A stretch of 64,000 bases of DNA from Candidatus Limnocylindria bacterium (GTDB lineage Bacteria > Chloroflexota > Limnocylindria > QHBO01): NCBI GenBank assembly GCA_035759945.1, contig DASTTX010000160.1, forward strand, positions 22,004-86,003. Reading direction: 5' to 3'. The notes beneath the pieces are model-generated. The model made no database searches and was not told the DNA's origin. It was given only the letters and a program-made list of their open reading frames with translations. Position numbers and translations under genes: made by a program. Below, one piece after another: positions 16,705 through 24,822 of this stretch (position 1 is its first letter; each line of letters starts with the position of its first letter).

Positions 16705-16885
16705 GTGCTGATGGTACTCGTCGGCGGCGCCCGCCGGGTTTGGCAGAGCCGGGTGCCAAGCTGCACCTGCCGGCCGTTGGCGCCGTTCTGTCAGGGACCA
16801 ACCAGGGGCGCCTTAGGCGCAGTCCGCCAGCCCGACGATCGGGGCAACCCGTCATCTGCCATTCGCATTGGTACCTGGCGACGAA

Positions 16886-16898
16886 TTGCGAGTCGCAA
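16886..16898. promoter_or_regulatory. 6-1-6 perfect palindrome TTGCGAgTCGCAA in fadD-thiolase intergenic region
   Basis: Read directly. It lies in the 269-bp gap, ~180 bp upstream of the thiolase start and ~75 bp downstream of the fadD stop. Confidence 0.25.
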
Positions 16899-16972
16899 CG
16901 CCCGTGGGAGCGAAACGCAGCCGCTCGTGTTCGCCTCAGGTCGCCGTGGTTGGTATCCGGCGAAACCCGCCG

Positions 16973-18895
16973 CTATTTCGAGTCGGCGGGGCGCTCGTCG
17001 AACAGGTACGCGACCTTGTCGGCCCAGTTCTTCACGACGACGCGGTTCTTCGTCTTCAGCGAGGGCGTCAGCTCCCCCTCTTCCTCGGACAGCAGGCGCG
17101 GCAGGAGGGCGACCCGCCGCGGCCGCTCGTGCACGCCGAAGCCGTCGAGCGTGCGCTTGACCTCGGTGTCGTACAGCTTCTCGACGGATGGCTGCTCGAC
17201 CAATTGCTCGGGCGGCATCTCCGCCAGGCCGTTGGCCGCGGCCCAGGCCCCGAGCTCGTCGAAGTCCGGCGCGATCAGCGCTCCGGTGTACGGCTGGCCA
17301 TCGCCGAGGATGACCGCCTGGGCCACGAACCGCGAGCTCGAGAGCGCCGCCTCCATCGGTCCGGGCGAGACGTTCTTGCCATTGCCGAGGACGATGATGT
17401 TCTTGAGCCGATCGGTGATGCGGATGCGGCCGATCTCGTCCAGCTCGCCGATGTCGCCGGTATGGAACCAGCCATCGGCGTCGATGGCGCGGGCGGTCTC
17501 CTCGGGCTGGTTGAGGTAGCCCTGCATGACCTGCGGGCCGCGGACCAGGATCTCGCCGGTGTCCGGATCGATGCGCACCTCGGAGCCCGGTGCGGCGCGT
17601 CCGACCGTCCCGAACACGAAGTCGTCAGGACGGTTGACACTGACGAACGGCGAAGTCTCGGTCAGGCCGTATCCCTCGAGGACCAGCATGCCCATGGCGT
17701 AGAAGAACTCGCCGATCTCGCTCGACAGCGCCGCCGACCCCGACACGAAATAGCGCACGCGACCGCCGGTCCGGTCCCGGATCTTGCCGAAGACCAGGGC
17801 ATCGGCAACCTTCAACTGGAGCGCGAGCCAGGGCGAATCGCCGCGTCCGGCCAGGTGGTTGGCGTACTTCCGGCGCCCGAGCCCGGCGGCCCAGTGGAAG
17901 ATGCGCTGACGCATCGGCGAGCCGGCCTCGACGGCGGACAGCACGCGAGCGTAGACGCGTTCGTACAGCCGCGGTGGCGCGCCCATGACGGTCGGGCGCA
18001 CCTCGACCATGTTCGCGGGCAGCCGCTCGATGACCGCCTCCGCGTACACCACGGCGGCCCCGCGACCGAGCGCAATGACCTCGTCGACGATCCGGCCGTA
18101 GATGTGCGACAGCGGAAGGAAGCTGAGGAAGATATCGGTCTCGTAGAAGTCGACGACCTGGTTGGCCGCCTCGTAGTTGAAGAGCACGTTGCCGTGACTG
18201 AGGACCGCTCCCTTTGGGTTGGCCGTGGTGCCCGAGGTATGGATGACGGTGGCGATGTGGTCCCGGTCGATGGCCTTCCAGGCGTCCTGCCATTCGAGGC
18301 GGTTGGCGGCGTCGGTATCGGCTCGGGCCATGACGTCGTCGAGGGTCAGCGTGCCCGCCGGCAGCTTGCCGCTCGGCTCGAAGGCCACGATGTGCTCGAG
18401 CGTCGGGCACTCGGCTCGGATCGACTCGATCTTGGCGGCCTGCTGCGCATTCTCGACGAAGATCAGGCGCGCGCTGACGTTGTTGATGACGAACGCGGCC
18501 TGGCCCGCCTCCGACTGCGGATAGATCGGGCACGTGACCGCGCCGAGCGCCAGCGACGCCAGGTCGGCGATCGCCCACTCCGGACGCGTGCGCGCGATGA
18601 TCGCGACCGAGTCCCCGTCATGGATGCCGATGTCCTTGAGGCCAAGCGACACGCTGGTGACCCAGTCCCACATCTCGCGATACGTTCGGCTGGTCCAGAC
18701 CGCCTCGGTGGCGCCCTCCGGCCGCTGGGACTTGGGAAGCTTCCAGCGCATCGCCTCGCGGCCGGAGTTGCGCTCGACGGATCGGTGGATGAGGTCGACC
18801 ACGCTGCTGGCGCGGTCCTCGGGCGCGACGATCAGGGGCTCGAGCTCGGGGGTCTGCAGGACGCGCGGCACGGCGGTGGCGGCGGGGGTCGTCAT
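16973..18895 (-). CDS. fadD: Long-chain-fatty-acid--CoA ligase (AMP-dependent synthetase/ligase)
   Basis: AMP-binding signature HTSGTTANPKGAVLSHGN, GYGLTETS, and the GWFHTGDIGELDEIGRIRITDRLKNII linker/A8 region. Confidence 0.9.
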   Translation of the reverse strand: MTTPAATAVPRVLQTPELEPLIVAPEDRASSVVDLIHRSVERNSGREAMRWKLPKSQRPEGATEAVWTSRTYREMWDWVTSVSLGLKDIGIHDGDSVAIIARTRPEWAIADLASLALGAVTCPIYPQSEAGQAAFVINNVSARLIFVENAQQAAKIESIRAECPTLEHIVAFEPSGKLPAGTLTLDDVMARADTDAANRLEWQDAWKAIDRDHIATVIHTSGTTANPKGAVLSHGNVLFNYEAANQVVDFYETDIFLSFLPLSHIYGRIVDEVIALGRGAAVVYAEAVIERLPANMVEVRPTVMGAPPRLYERVYARVLSAVEAGSPMRQRIFHWAAGLGRRKYANHLAGRGDSPWLALQLKVADALVFGKIRDRTGGRVRYFVSGSAALSSEIGEFFYAMGMLVLEGYGLTETSPFVSVNRPDDFVFGTVGRAAPGSEVRIDPDTGEILVRGPQVMQGYLNQPEETARAIDADGWFHTGDIGELDEIGRIRITDRLKNIIVLGNGKNVSPGPMEAALSSSRFVAQAVILGDGQPYTGALIAPDFDELGAWAAANGLAEMPPEQLVEQPSVEKLYDTEVKRTLDGFGVHERPRRVALLPRLLSEEEGELTPSLKTKNRVVVKNWADKVAYLFDERPADSK

Positions 18896-18969
18896 CGGTC
18901 TGGCGTCTCCTGGTTGATGTGGGCGTCATCGGTTTCGCAGGCGCGCTGCGGAGGGCTACGGTCCGGTCG

Positions 18970-20151
18970 TCATCCCTCCCGGCGCATGCCGTCGAGCAGG
19001 CCCTGGGCCACGATGAGCCGATGGATCTGGTTGGTCCCCTCGTAGATCTGCGCTCCCTTGGCGTCTCGCATGAGGCGTTCCACCGGGTTGTCGCGCGAGT
19101 AGCCGGCGCCGCCGTAGATCTGCACGGCGTCGGTCGTCACGCGCATGGCGGTGTCGGAGGCGTACCACTTGGCCATGCTCGAGGCTGAATTGATCGGATG
19201 ACCGGCGTCACGCATGCGGGCCGCCCGCCAGGTGAGCAACCGCGCGGCATCGACCTGGACCGCCATCTCGGCCAGCATCGCCTGGATCATCTCCTGGTCG
19301 GCGATGGCGCGACCGAACTGGCGCCGCTCGAGCGCATAGCGCGTGGCGAGCTCGAGCGCATTGCGCGCCAGGCCGACGCAGCAGGCGGCGATGCTGATCC
19401 GTCCCGCGCCGAGCGACGAGAGCGCGACGCGCAGCCCCTCCCCCTCCTCGCCGAGACGGTTGTCGGCCGGGACGCGGGCGTCCTCGAACACGATCTCGTA
19501 CCCGGTGGTGCCGCGAATGCCCATCTTCCGCTCCTTCGAGCCGAGGCGGAAGCCGGGGGTGTCGGCCTCGACGACGAAGGCGGTGATGCCGTCCTTGCCC
19601 TTGCTGCGGTCGACGGTGGCGAAGACGACGTAGCGGGCCGCCTCGCCGGCGTTCGTGATCCAGATCTTCGTCCCGGTCAGGAGGTACGCGTCGCCGTCGC
19701 GCCGCGCGGAGAGCGAGAGCGCTGCCGCATCGGAGCCGGCGCCCGGTTCGGTGAGCGCGAAGGCGCCCAGCTCGCGGCCGGCGGTCATCGACGGGAGGAA
19801 GCGCTGCTTCTGCTCCTCGGACCCGCTGGCGAAGATGCACAGCTGGCTCAGGATGTGAACCGAGAAGCTGACGGCCAGGCCCATGTCGGCGGCGCCGATC
19901 TCCTCGGCAGCGAGGGCCCACGCGAAGCTGCCCATCCCGGCACCGCCGTACGCCTCGGGATACGGGAGCCCGGTCAGTCCGAGCTCGCCGGCGCGATGGA
20001 AGAGCGAGATGTCGTAGCGCTCGGCCTCGTCACGCTCCGCGGCGCCGGGCAGCACCTCCCGCCGCGCCCAATCGCGGACCGTGTCGCGGACGACCCGCTC
20101 TTCCTCCGTCAGCGCGAACGAGTCGCGGGTGGGCGCCGTCTCGACCGCCAC
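18970..20151 (-). CDS. Acyl-CoA dehydrogenase (short-chain/butyryl-CoA dehydrogenase-like)
   Basis: ACAD N/M/C domains, GAFALTEPGAGSD, a YxGT-like FAD region and the catalytic Glu region QIYEGTNQI. GTG start at 20151. Confidence 0.9.
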   Translation of the reverse strand: MAVETAPTRDSFALTEEERVVRDTVRDWARREVLPGAAERDEAERYDISLFHRAGELGLTGLPYPEAYGGAGMGSFAWALAAEEIGAADMGLAVSFSVHILSQLCIFASGSEEQKQRFLPSMTAGRELGAFALTEPGAGSDAAALSLSARRDGDAYLLTGTKIWITNAGEAARYVVFATVDRSKGKDGITAFVVEADTPGFRLGSKERKMGIRGTTGYEIVFEDARVPADNRLGEEGEGLRVALSSLGAGRISIAACCVGLARNALELATRYALERRQFGRAIADQEMIQAMLAEMAVQVDAARLLTWRAARMRDAGHPINSASSMAKWYASDTAMRVTTDAVQIYGGAGYSRDNPVERLMRDAKGAQIYEGTNQIHRLIVAQGLLDGMRREG

Positions 20152-21030
20152 CTATCCGACCTTCTTGCCCGTCTCGTCGTAGGTGTAGAAGCCGCGTCCG
20201 GTCTTGCGCCCGAGATGTCCGGCGGTGACCATCTGGCGCAGCAGCGGCGCGGCGCGGAACTTCGGGTCGCCGAAGCCGCGGTACAGCACGTCCATGACGC
20301 CGAGCATCACGTCGTTGCCGATGAAGTCGCTCAGCTCGAGCGGTCCCATCGGATGGTTCAGGCCGAGCTTCGCGCCGGTGTCGATGTCCTCCGCCGTGCC
20401 GGTCGACTCCATGAGCGCGAACACGGCCTCGTTGATGAACGGGCCGAGCATCCGGTTCACCAGGAAGCCCGGGTAGTCCTTCGACTCGATCACCGTCTTG
20501 CCGAGCTCCTCGGCGAACGTGCGGCAGGCGTCGTAGGTCTCGTCGTCGGTCTCGAGCCCGCGGATGATCTCGATGAGGCCCATCACCGGCACGGGCGAGA
20601 AAAAGTGCAGGCCGATGAACCTCGGCGCACGGTCGGTCGCCGTGGCGAGGCCGGTGATGCTGATGCTGCTGGTATTCGAGGCGAAGATCGCGATCGGGTC
20701 CGCCGCCTTCGTCAGCGCCTCCCAGGTCTGCCGCTTGACCGATTCGTCCTCGAACACGGCCTCGATGACGATGTCGTGGCCGGCGGCGCCATCGGTCCCT
20801 TCGCTGGTGCTGACGCGTTCGAGGATCTCGTCCGCGGCCGACTGCTCGAGCTTGCCCTTGTCCACCTGTCGCTTCAGGTTGGAGCCGATGCGAGCCTTGC
20901 CCTTCTCCGCCAGCTCCGCCGTGCGGTCGGAGAGCGTCACCCGCTTGCCGGCGGCAGCGCTGACCTGGGCGATGCCGTGGCCCATCAGCCCGGCGCCGAT
21001 GACGAAAACGCGTTCGATGCTCATCGTCAT
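20152..21030 (-). CDS. hbd: 3-hydroxybutyryl-CoA dehydrogenase
   Basis: Rossmann VFVIGAGLMGHGIAQV, SNTSSISIT and the catalytic His region; the C-terminal domain is typical of the 3HCDH family. The start ATG overlaps the meaB stop (ATGA). Confidence 0.9.
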   Translation of the reverse strand: MTMSIERVFVIGAGLMGHGIAQVSAAAGKRVTLSDRTAELAEKGKARIGSNLKRQVDKGKLEQSAADEILERVSTSEGTDGAAGHDIVIEAVFEDESVKRQTWEALTKAADPIAIFASNTSSISITGLATATDRAPRFIGLHFFSPVPVMGLIEIIRGLETDDETYDACRTFAEELGKTVIESKDYPGFLVNRMLGPFINEAVFALMESTGTAEDIDTGAKLGLNHPMGPLELSDFIGNDVMLGVMDVLYRGFGDPKFRAAPLLRQMVTAGHLGRKTGRGFYTYDETGKKVG

Positions 21031-21941
21031 CCAAGCCTACCAGCGTCGAGCAGGCGTTCGGCCGCGGTGAACGGGTCGAGCTCGCGATCCGCAACGGCCT
21101 GGACCGTTGCCTCCCAGCCCGGATCAGCCTCCGCGTGCCTGGCGGCGAGGTCGGCCAGTGCGCGCCGCACCTGGCTCGCGGCGCGTTCGCGCGCCCGCAT
21201 CGGCGAGCGCGCGGTGGAGCGATGCGCCTCGATCGCGTCGACGAGTGCGGGCACGCCCTCGGCGGTCGTGGCCGTGGTCACCAGGACCGGGGGCGGCTTG
21301 CGCTCGATCCGTCCACCGGCGGTGGACAGCATGGCGCGCAGCTGCCTCGCCGCCCGATCGGCACCCGGGCGGTCACCCTTGTTCACGGCGATGATGTCGG
21401 CCACCTCGAGCAGCCCTGCCTTGATGGCCTGCACCTCGTCGCCCATCTCGGGCACCTCGACCACGACGGTCGTCTCCGCGAGCCGGGCGATCTCGACCTC
21501 CGACTGCCCCGCCCCGACCGTCTCGATCAGGATCGGGTCGAAGCCCGCCGCATCGAGCGCGGCGGCGGCGATCCAGGTCGTGGCCGCCAGCCCGCCGAGC
21601 TCACCGCGCGACGCCATGGAGCGCATGAAGACGTCGCGATCGGCGGCGTGCTCCATCATCCGGATCCGATCGCCCAGGATCGCGCCGCGTGTGTACGGCG
21701 AGCTCGGGTCGACCGCCAGGATCCCGACGCGCCTGCCACGGCCGCGCCACGCACCGATGAGCGCGTTGACCAGCGTTGACTTGCCGCTCCCTGGCGGCCC
21801 GGTGATGCCGACCACGTGGGCCCCATGCCCGGCGCTGAACAGCTCCGGCAGGAGCTCCCGAACCGATGGATCGCCGCTCTCGATCCGCGTCAGCAGCCGC
21901 GCCAGCGGTCGCCGCTGGCCGGATGCCAGCTCCGCGATCAT
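21027..21941 (-). CDS. meaB: Methylmalonyl-CoA mutase-associated G-protein chaperone MeaB/ArgK
   Basis: P-loop GITGPPGSGKST, G3 ETVGAGQSE and NKGD (NKxD) motifs. Confidence 0.9.
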   Translation of the reverse strand: MIAELASGQRRPLARLLTRIESGDPSVRELLPELFSAGHGAHVVGITGPPGSGKSTLVNALIGAWRGRGRRVGILAVDPSSPYTRGAILGDRIRMMEHAADRDVFMRSMASRGELGGLAATTWIAAAALDAAGFDPILIETVGAGQSEVEIARLAETTVVVEVPEMGDEVQAIKAGLLEVADIIAVNKGDRPGADRAARQLRAMLSTAGGRIERKPPPVLVTTATTAEGVPALVDAIEAHRSTARSPMRARERAASQVRRALADLAARHAEADPGWEATVQAVADRELDPFTAAERLLDAGRLG

Positions 21942-21950
21942 GGGCGGCTG

Positions 21951-21970
21951 CCGTATATACCGTATATACG
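21951..21970. repeat. Tandem AT-rich palindromic element CCGTATATAC-CGTATATACG between icmB-like and meaB
   Basis: Two direct copies of a 9/10-mer containing the palindrome GTATATAC sit in the 36-bp intergenic gap. Local AT content is far above the ~30% background. Confidence 0.5.
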
Positions 21971-21977
21971 CAGTCCG

Positions 21978-22394
21978 TCAGGCCCGACGCACATGCTCGC
22001 GGAAGTAGCGCGCGATCTGCCCGATGCTCGTGCCCGGCCCGAAGATCTCCGCGACGCCCGCCGCCTTCAGCTTGGTGACGTCGGCATCGGGGATGATCCC
22101 GCCCGCGGCGACGAGGACGTCGTCCATGCCCCGTTGGCGGAGGAGCTCGACGGTCCGCGGCAGCAGGGCCATGTGGGCGCCGGACAGGATCGACAGCCCG
22201 ACGACGTCGACGTCCTCCTGCTCGGCGGCATCGGCGATCATCTCCGGCGTCTGGCGCAGGCCGGTGTAGATCACCTCGAAGCCCTCGTCGCGCAGCCCGC
22301 GCGCGAGCACCTTGGCGCCGCGATCGTGCCCGTCGAGGCCGGGCTTCGCGATGAGGACGCGGATGGGCGCGTCGGTCGAGCGGTCGTTCGTCAT
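21978..22394 (-). CDS. icmB: B12-binding small subunit of an acyl-CoA mutase (isobutyryl-CoA mutase small-subunit-like)
   Basis: Cobalamin-binding domain: [15 protein letters not shown] (DxHxxG His-on motif) and GGIIP. ~138 aa from ATG at 22394. The track ORF's extra 32 aa is upstream read-through. Confidence 0.8.
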   Translation of the reverse strand: MTNDRSTDAPIRVLIAKPGLDGHDRGAKVLARGLRDEGFEVIYTGLRQTPEMIADAAEQEDVDVVGLSILSGAHMALLPRTVELLRQRGMDDVLVAAGGIIPDADVTKLKAAGVAEIFGPGTSIGQIARYFREHVRRA

Positions 22395-22630
22395 CGGCGG
22401 GCCGATTCTACCCGGCTCCGCGTCGGTACCTGCCATGGGGACTGGAAATCGGTGCTGATGGGAGAGCGTTAGCCGGCGGATGCGTCGCAACGGACGCCGA
22501 TCCGAGCGTCAATTGCCAGCCAACGTGTCTCAATGGCCGCATAACGTGCCGCCGAGCGCGCAGATTTCCAGTCGCGCGTCGTGACCGGTCTAACGCGCGG
22601 ATGCCGAGCAGATGTCAAGTCGAGACGACG

Positions 22631-22924
22631 TCAAGGCACCAGTCGGTCGATCTGCTCGGCGAGCTCCGTGTCGCGCGCGGTGATCGCGCCCGCCGCGTGC
22701 GTCGACAGGGTGAAGGTGACCTTCTTGTAGTCATGGATGCAGACGTCCGGGTGGTGATTGGCCGCCTCGGCGGCCCCCGCCACCTGGTTCACGAGCCGGA
22801 CCGCGGCGGTGAAGCCGCCGACCTCGACGGTCCGGGTCAGCGAGGCACCGTCGCGGCCCCACTCGGGCAGGCGCCCGAGCGCATCGGTCAGCTGGTCTTC
22901 GGTCAGTGGTTCGGCGTACGGCAT
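22631..22924 (-). CDS. Pterin-4-alpha-carbinolamine dehydratase
   Basis: 97 aa. An EWGRDGASLTRTVEVGGF-type fold with the conserved HHPD motif (AANHHPDVCI). Confidence 0.85.
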   Translation of the reverse strand: MPYAEPLTEDQLTDALGRLPEWGRDGASLTRTVEVGGFTAAVRLVNQVAGAAEAANHHPDVCIHDYKKVTFTLSTHAAGAITARDTELAEQIDRLVP

Positions 22925-22928
22925 CGCT

Positions 22929-23516
22929 CTATTGTGCGCCGCCCTTGCCGATGAGGCCCATGAACTCGGCGCGGGTCCTGGCGTCGCGCCGGAACGTTCC
23001 GGTCATGCTGGAAGTGACCATCGTCGCCTCCTGCTTCTTCACGCCACGCATCATCGTGCACAGATGCGTTGCCTCGATCACGCACGCGACGCCCTTCGGC
23101 TCGAGCTTCTCCATCAGGAAGTCGGCGACCTGGACGGTCAGCCGCTCCTGGACCTGGAGGCGCTGCGCGTACATGTCGACGATGCGCGGGATCTTCGACA
23201 GGCCGATGACCCGGCCGCGCGGCAGGTAGCCGACATGCGCCTTGCCGATGAACGGCAGCAGGTGGTGCTCGCACAGGCTGAAGAACTCGATGTCGCGCAC
23301 GACGACCATCTCGTCGTACTCGACCGCGAACGTCGCCCCGTTGATGAGACGGTCGGGGTCGACGTGGTAGCCGGCCGTCAGCTCGTCGTACATGCGCCGA
23401 ACCCGCTCGGGCGTTCGGAGCAGCCCCTCGCGGCCGGCGTCCTCGCCGATCTCGGACAGCAACGTGCGAACGGCATCCTCGAGCGATGCCCTGGTCTCCA
23501 CCATGCGCCGCATCAT
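22929..23516 (-). CDS. folE: GTP cyclohydrolase I
   Basis: Zinc/active-site Cys-His region [12 protein letters not shown], and HVGYLP and [15 protein letters not shown] motifs. ATG at 23516 (MMRRMVE). The track ORF extends 25 aa further. Confidence 0.9.
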   Translation of the reverse strand: MMRRMVETRASLEDAVRTLLSEIGEDAGREGLLRTPERVRRMYDELTAGYHVDPDRLINGATFAVEYDEMVVVRDIEFFSLCEHHLLPFIGKAHVGYLPRGRVIGLSKIPRIVDMYAQRLQVQERLTVQVADFLMEKLEPKGVACVIEATHLCTMMRGVKKQEATMVTSSMTGTFRRDARTRAEFMGLIGKGGAQ

Positions 23517-23625
23517 AGGACCCCGGGTGGTTTGGGAGCCGATTCGGACCTGTTCGGCGCGCCCGGCCTTCGGTACACTCGAAGCGCCCATCCGACGCCT
23601 TGACGAGAGGAGGTTCGACGCCGGA

Positions 23626-24195
23626 ATGATCCTCCACCCGCCCTCGCGTCCGCGACGCCTGGCGATCCCGGGGCTGTCGGCGACCGATCGCCTCTCGAGC
23701 GCCCTGGCCCGCCGCCTGGACGACGACTATCACTGGTTCAGCCACGTCGCCTCAGGCAGCGCGGGACCGATCGATGCCGTGGTGGTGGGCCCCGGCGGCG
23801 TCTGGACGCTGACGCTGGCCGGCGAGCGCGGCCGTTTCACCCGCCGCAACACGGGCCACTGGTACCGATTCAACCGCTCGACGGAGTCCTGGGTGCCGTG
23901 GGATCCGGCGCCGATCACCGCGGCGCGGTTGGCCGCTCGCAGCCTCGCCCTGGTGCTCGAGCGCGCCGGGGTGGATGGCACGGTCGATGGGGTCCTGGTG
24001 GCGCCACCCGACATGTCGGTCGAGATCCCGCGGGGCGACGATATCGGCCTGAGGGTGGAGGCCGACCCCGATCGGCTCGGCGCCCTCGTCAGCCGGGAGG
24101 AGCGCCTGACGCTGGCGCAGGTGGATCGGATCGTGGCGCTGCTGGATCCTCGGCAGCCACTGCCTCGGCTGGCCCAGGCGACTCCGGGCGGGTGA
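23626..24195 (+). CDS. NERD (nuclease-related) domain protein
   Basis: [23 protein letters not shown] matches the NERD core (DhxxxxpxGxfvIE.K). The start is taken at the first Met outside the folE-antisense region. The 3' end overlaps the PAP2 gene convergently by ~107 nt. Confidence 0.55.
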   Translation: MILHPPSRPRRLAIPGLSATDRLSSALARRLDDDYHWFSHVASGSAGPIDAVVVGPGGVWTLTLAGERGRFTRRNTGHWYRFNRSTESWVPWDPAPITAARLAARSLALVLERAGVDGTVDGVLVAPPDMSVEIPRGDDIGLRVEADPDRLGALVSREERLTLAQVDRIVALLDPRQPLPRLAQATPGG

Positions 24196-24805
24196 GGGCC
24201 GCATAGACCAGCACGACGACGGCGCCGGCGCTCCAGCCGGCCAGGACGTCGGTCGGATAGTGGACCCCGAGCCAGATGCGCGACAGGCCGATGAGCCCCA
24301 CCAGCAGGCCGAGCGCGACGACGATGGCGCTCCGGGCCGCACGTGGCAGGGCCGAGCGGCTGACCACCACGGCCAGCACCCCGTACGCGACCATGCCGAG
24401 CGCCGAATGGCCGGACGGGAAGCTGAAGCCATGCTCGACGATCACCGGTTCCAGGAGGTCCGGACGCTCGCGCGCGATCCCGATCTTGAACGCGCTGTTG
24501 CCGAGGGACGCCAGCGTGATCGCCAGCGCACCGGCCAGCCCGCTGCGCCACGTCCGCAGCAGCAGGCCCACCGCGGCGACGACGATGGCGACGGCGGTCA
24601 CCGCAGCGGTCGACCCGAGCTCGGTGATCGGCCGCAACGGCGAGAGCAGCGTCGCCAGCTCCGGCGCGCGAACGAGCGCGATGACCGATGCGTCGAATGA
24701 ATCGGTGAGGTCCGCGCTGACGAGGACGGCAAGCCCGATCACCAGCAGCACGCCGCCCGCGGCGAGGGCGAGCTCGATGCCCGAGCGACGTCGAAGCGAG
24801 GACAT
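24089..24805 (-). CDS. PAP2 family phosphatase (phosphatidic acid phosphatase type 2 / undecaprenyl-PP phosphatase-like)
   Basis: PAP2 motifs KxxxxxxRP (KIGIARERP), SFPSGHS and SRIWLGVHYPTDVLAG, plus six predicted TM helices. ATG at 24805. The track ORF's N-terminal 142 aa is read-through. Confidence 0.8.
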   Translation of the reverse strand: MSSLRRRSGIELALAAGGVLLVIGLAVLVSADLTDSFDASVIALVRAPELATLLSPLRPITELGSTAAVTAVAIVVAAVGLLLRTWRSGLAGALAITLASLGNSAFKIGIARERPDLLEPVIVEHGFSFPSGHSALGMVAYGVLAVVVSRSALPRAARSAIVVALGLLVGLIGLSRIWLGVHYPTDVLAGWSAGAVVVLVYAALTRPESPGPAEAVAAEDPAAPRSDPPAPASGAPPG

Positions 24806-24822
24806 GGGCGGCCAGTCTAGGG

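Noticed and set aside
16868-19045. 725-aa plus-strand ORF
   Set aside because: Antisense to fadD, whose AMP-binding motifs are clear on the minus strand.
19198-22008. 936-aa plus-strand ORF
   Set aside because: Antisense to the acyl-CoA dehydrogenase, hbd and meaB genes. Its composition is extreme (Arg/Ala/Gly-rich).
22440-22573. 9-bp inverted repeat CTGGAAATC ... GATTTCCAG separated by ~120 bp in the icmB-PCD intergenic region
   Set aside because: Arms too short and spacer too long to argue for a structure or operator. Likely chance occurrence in a slightly lower-GC promoter region.
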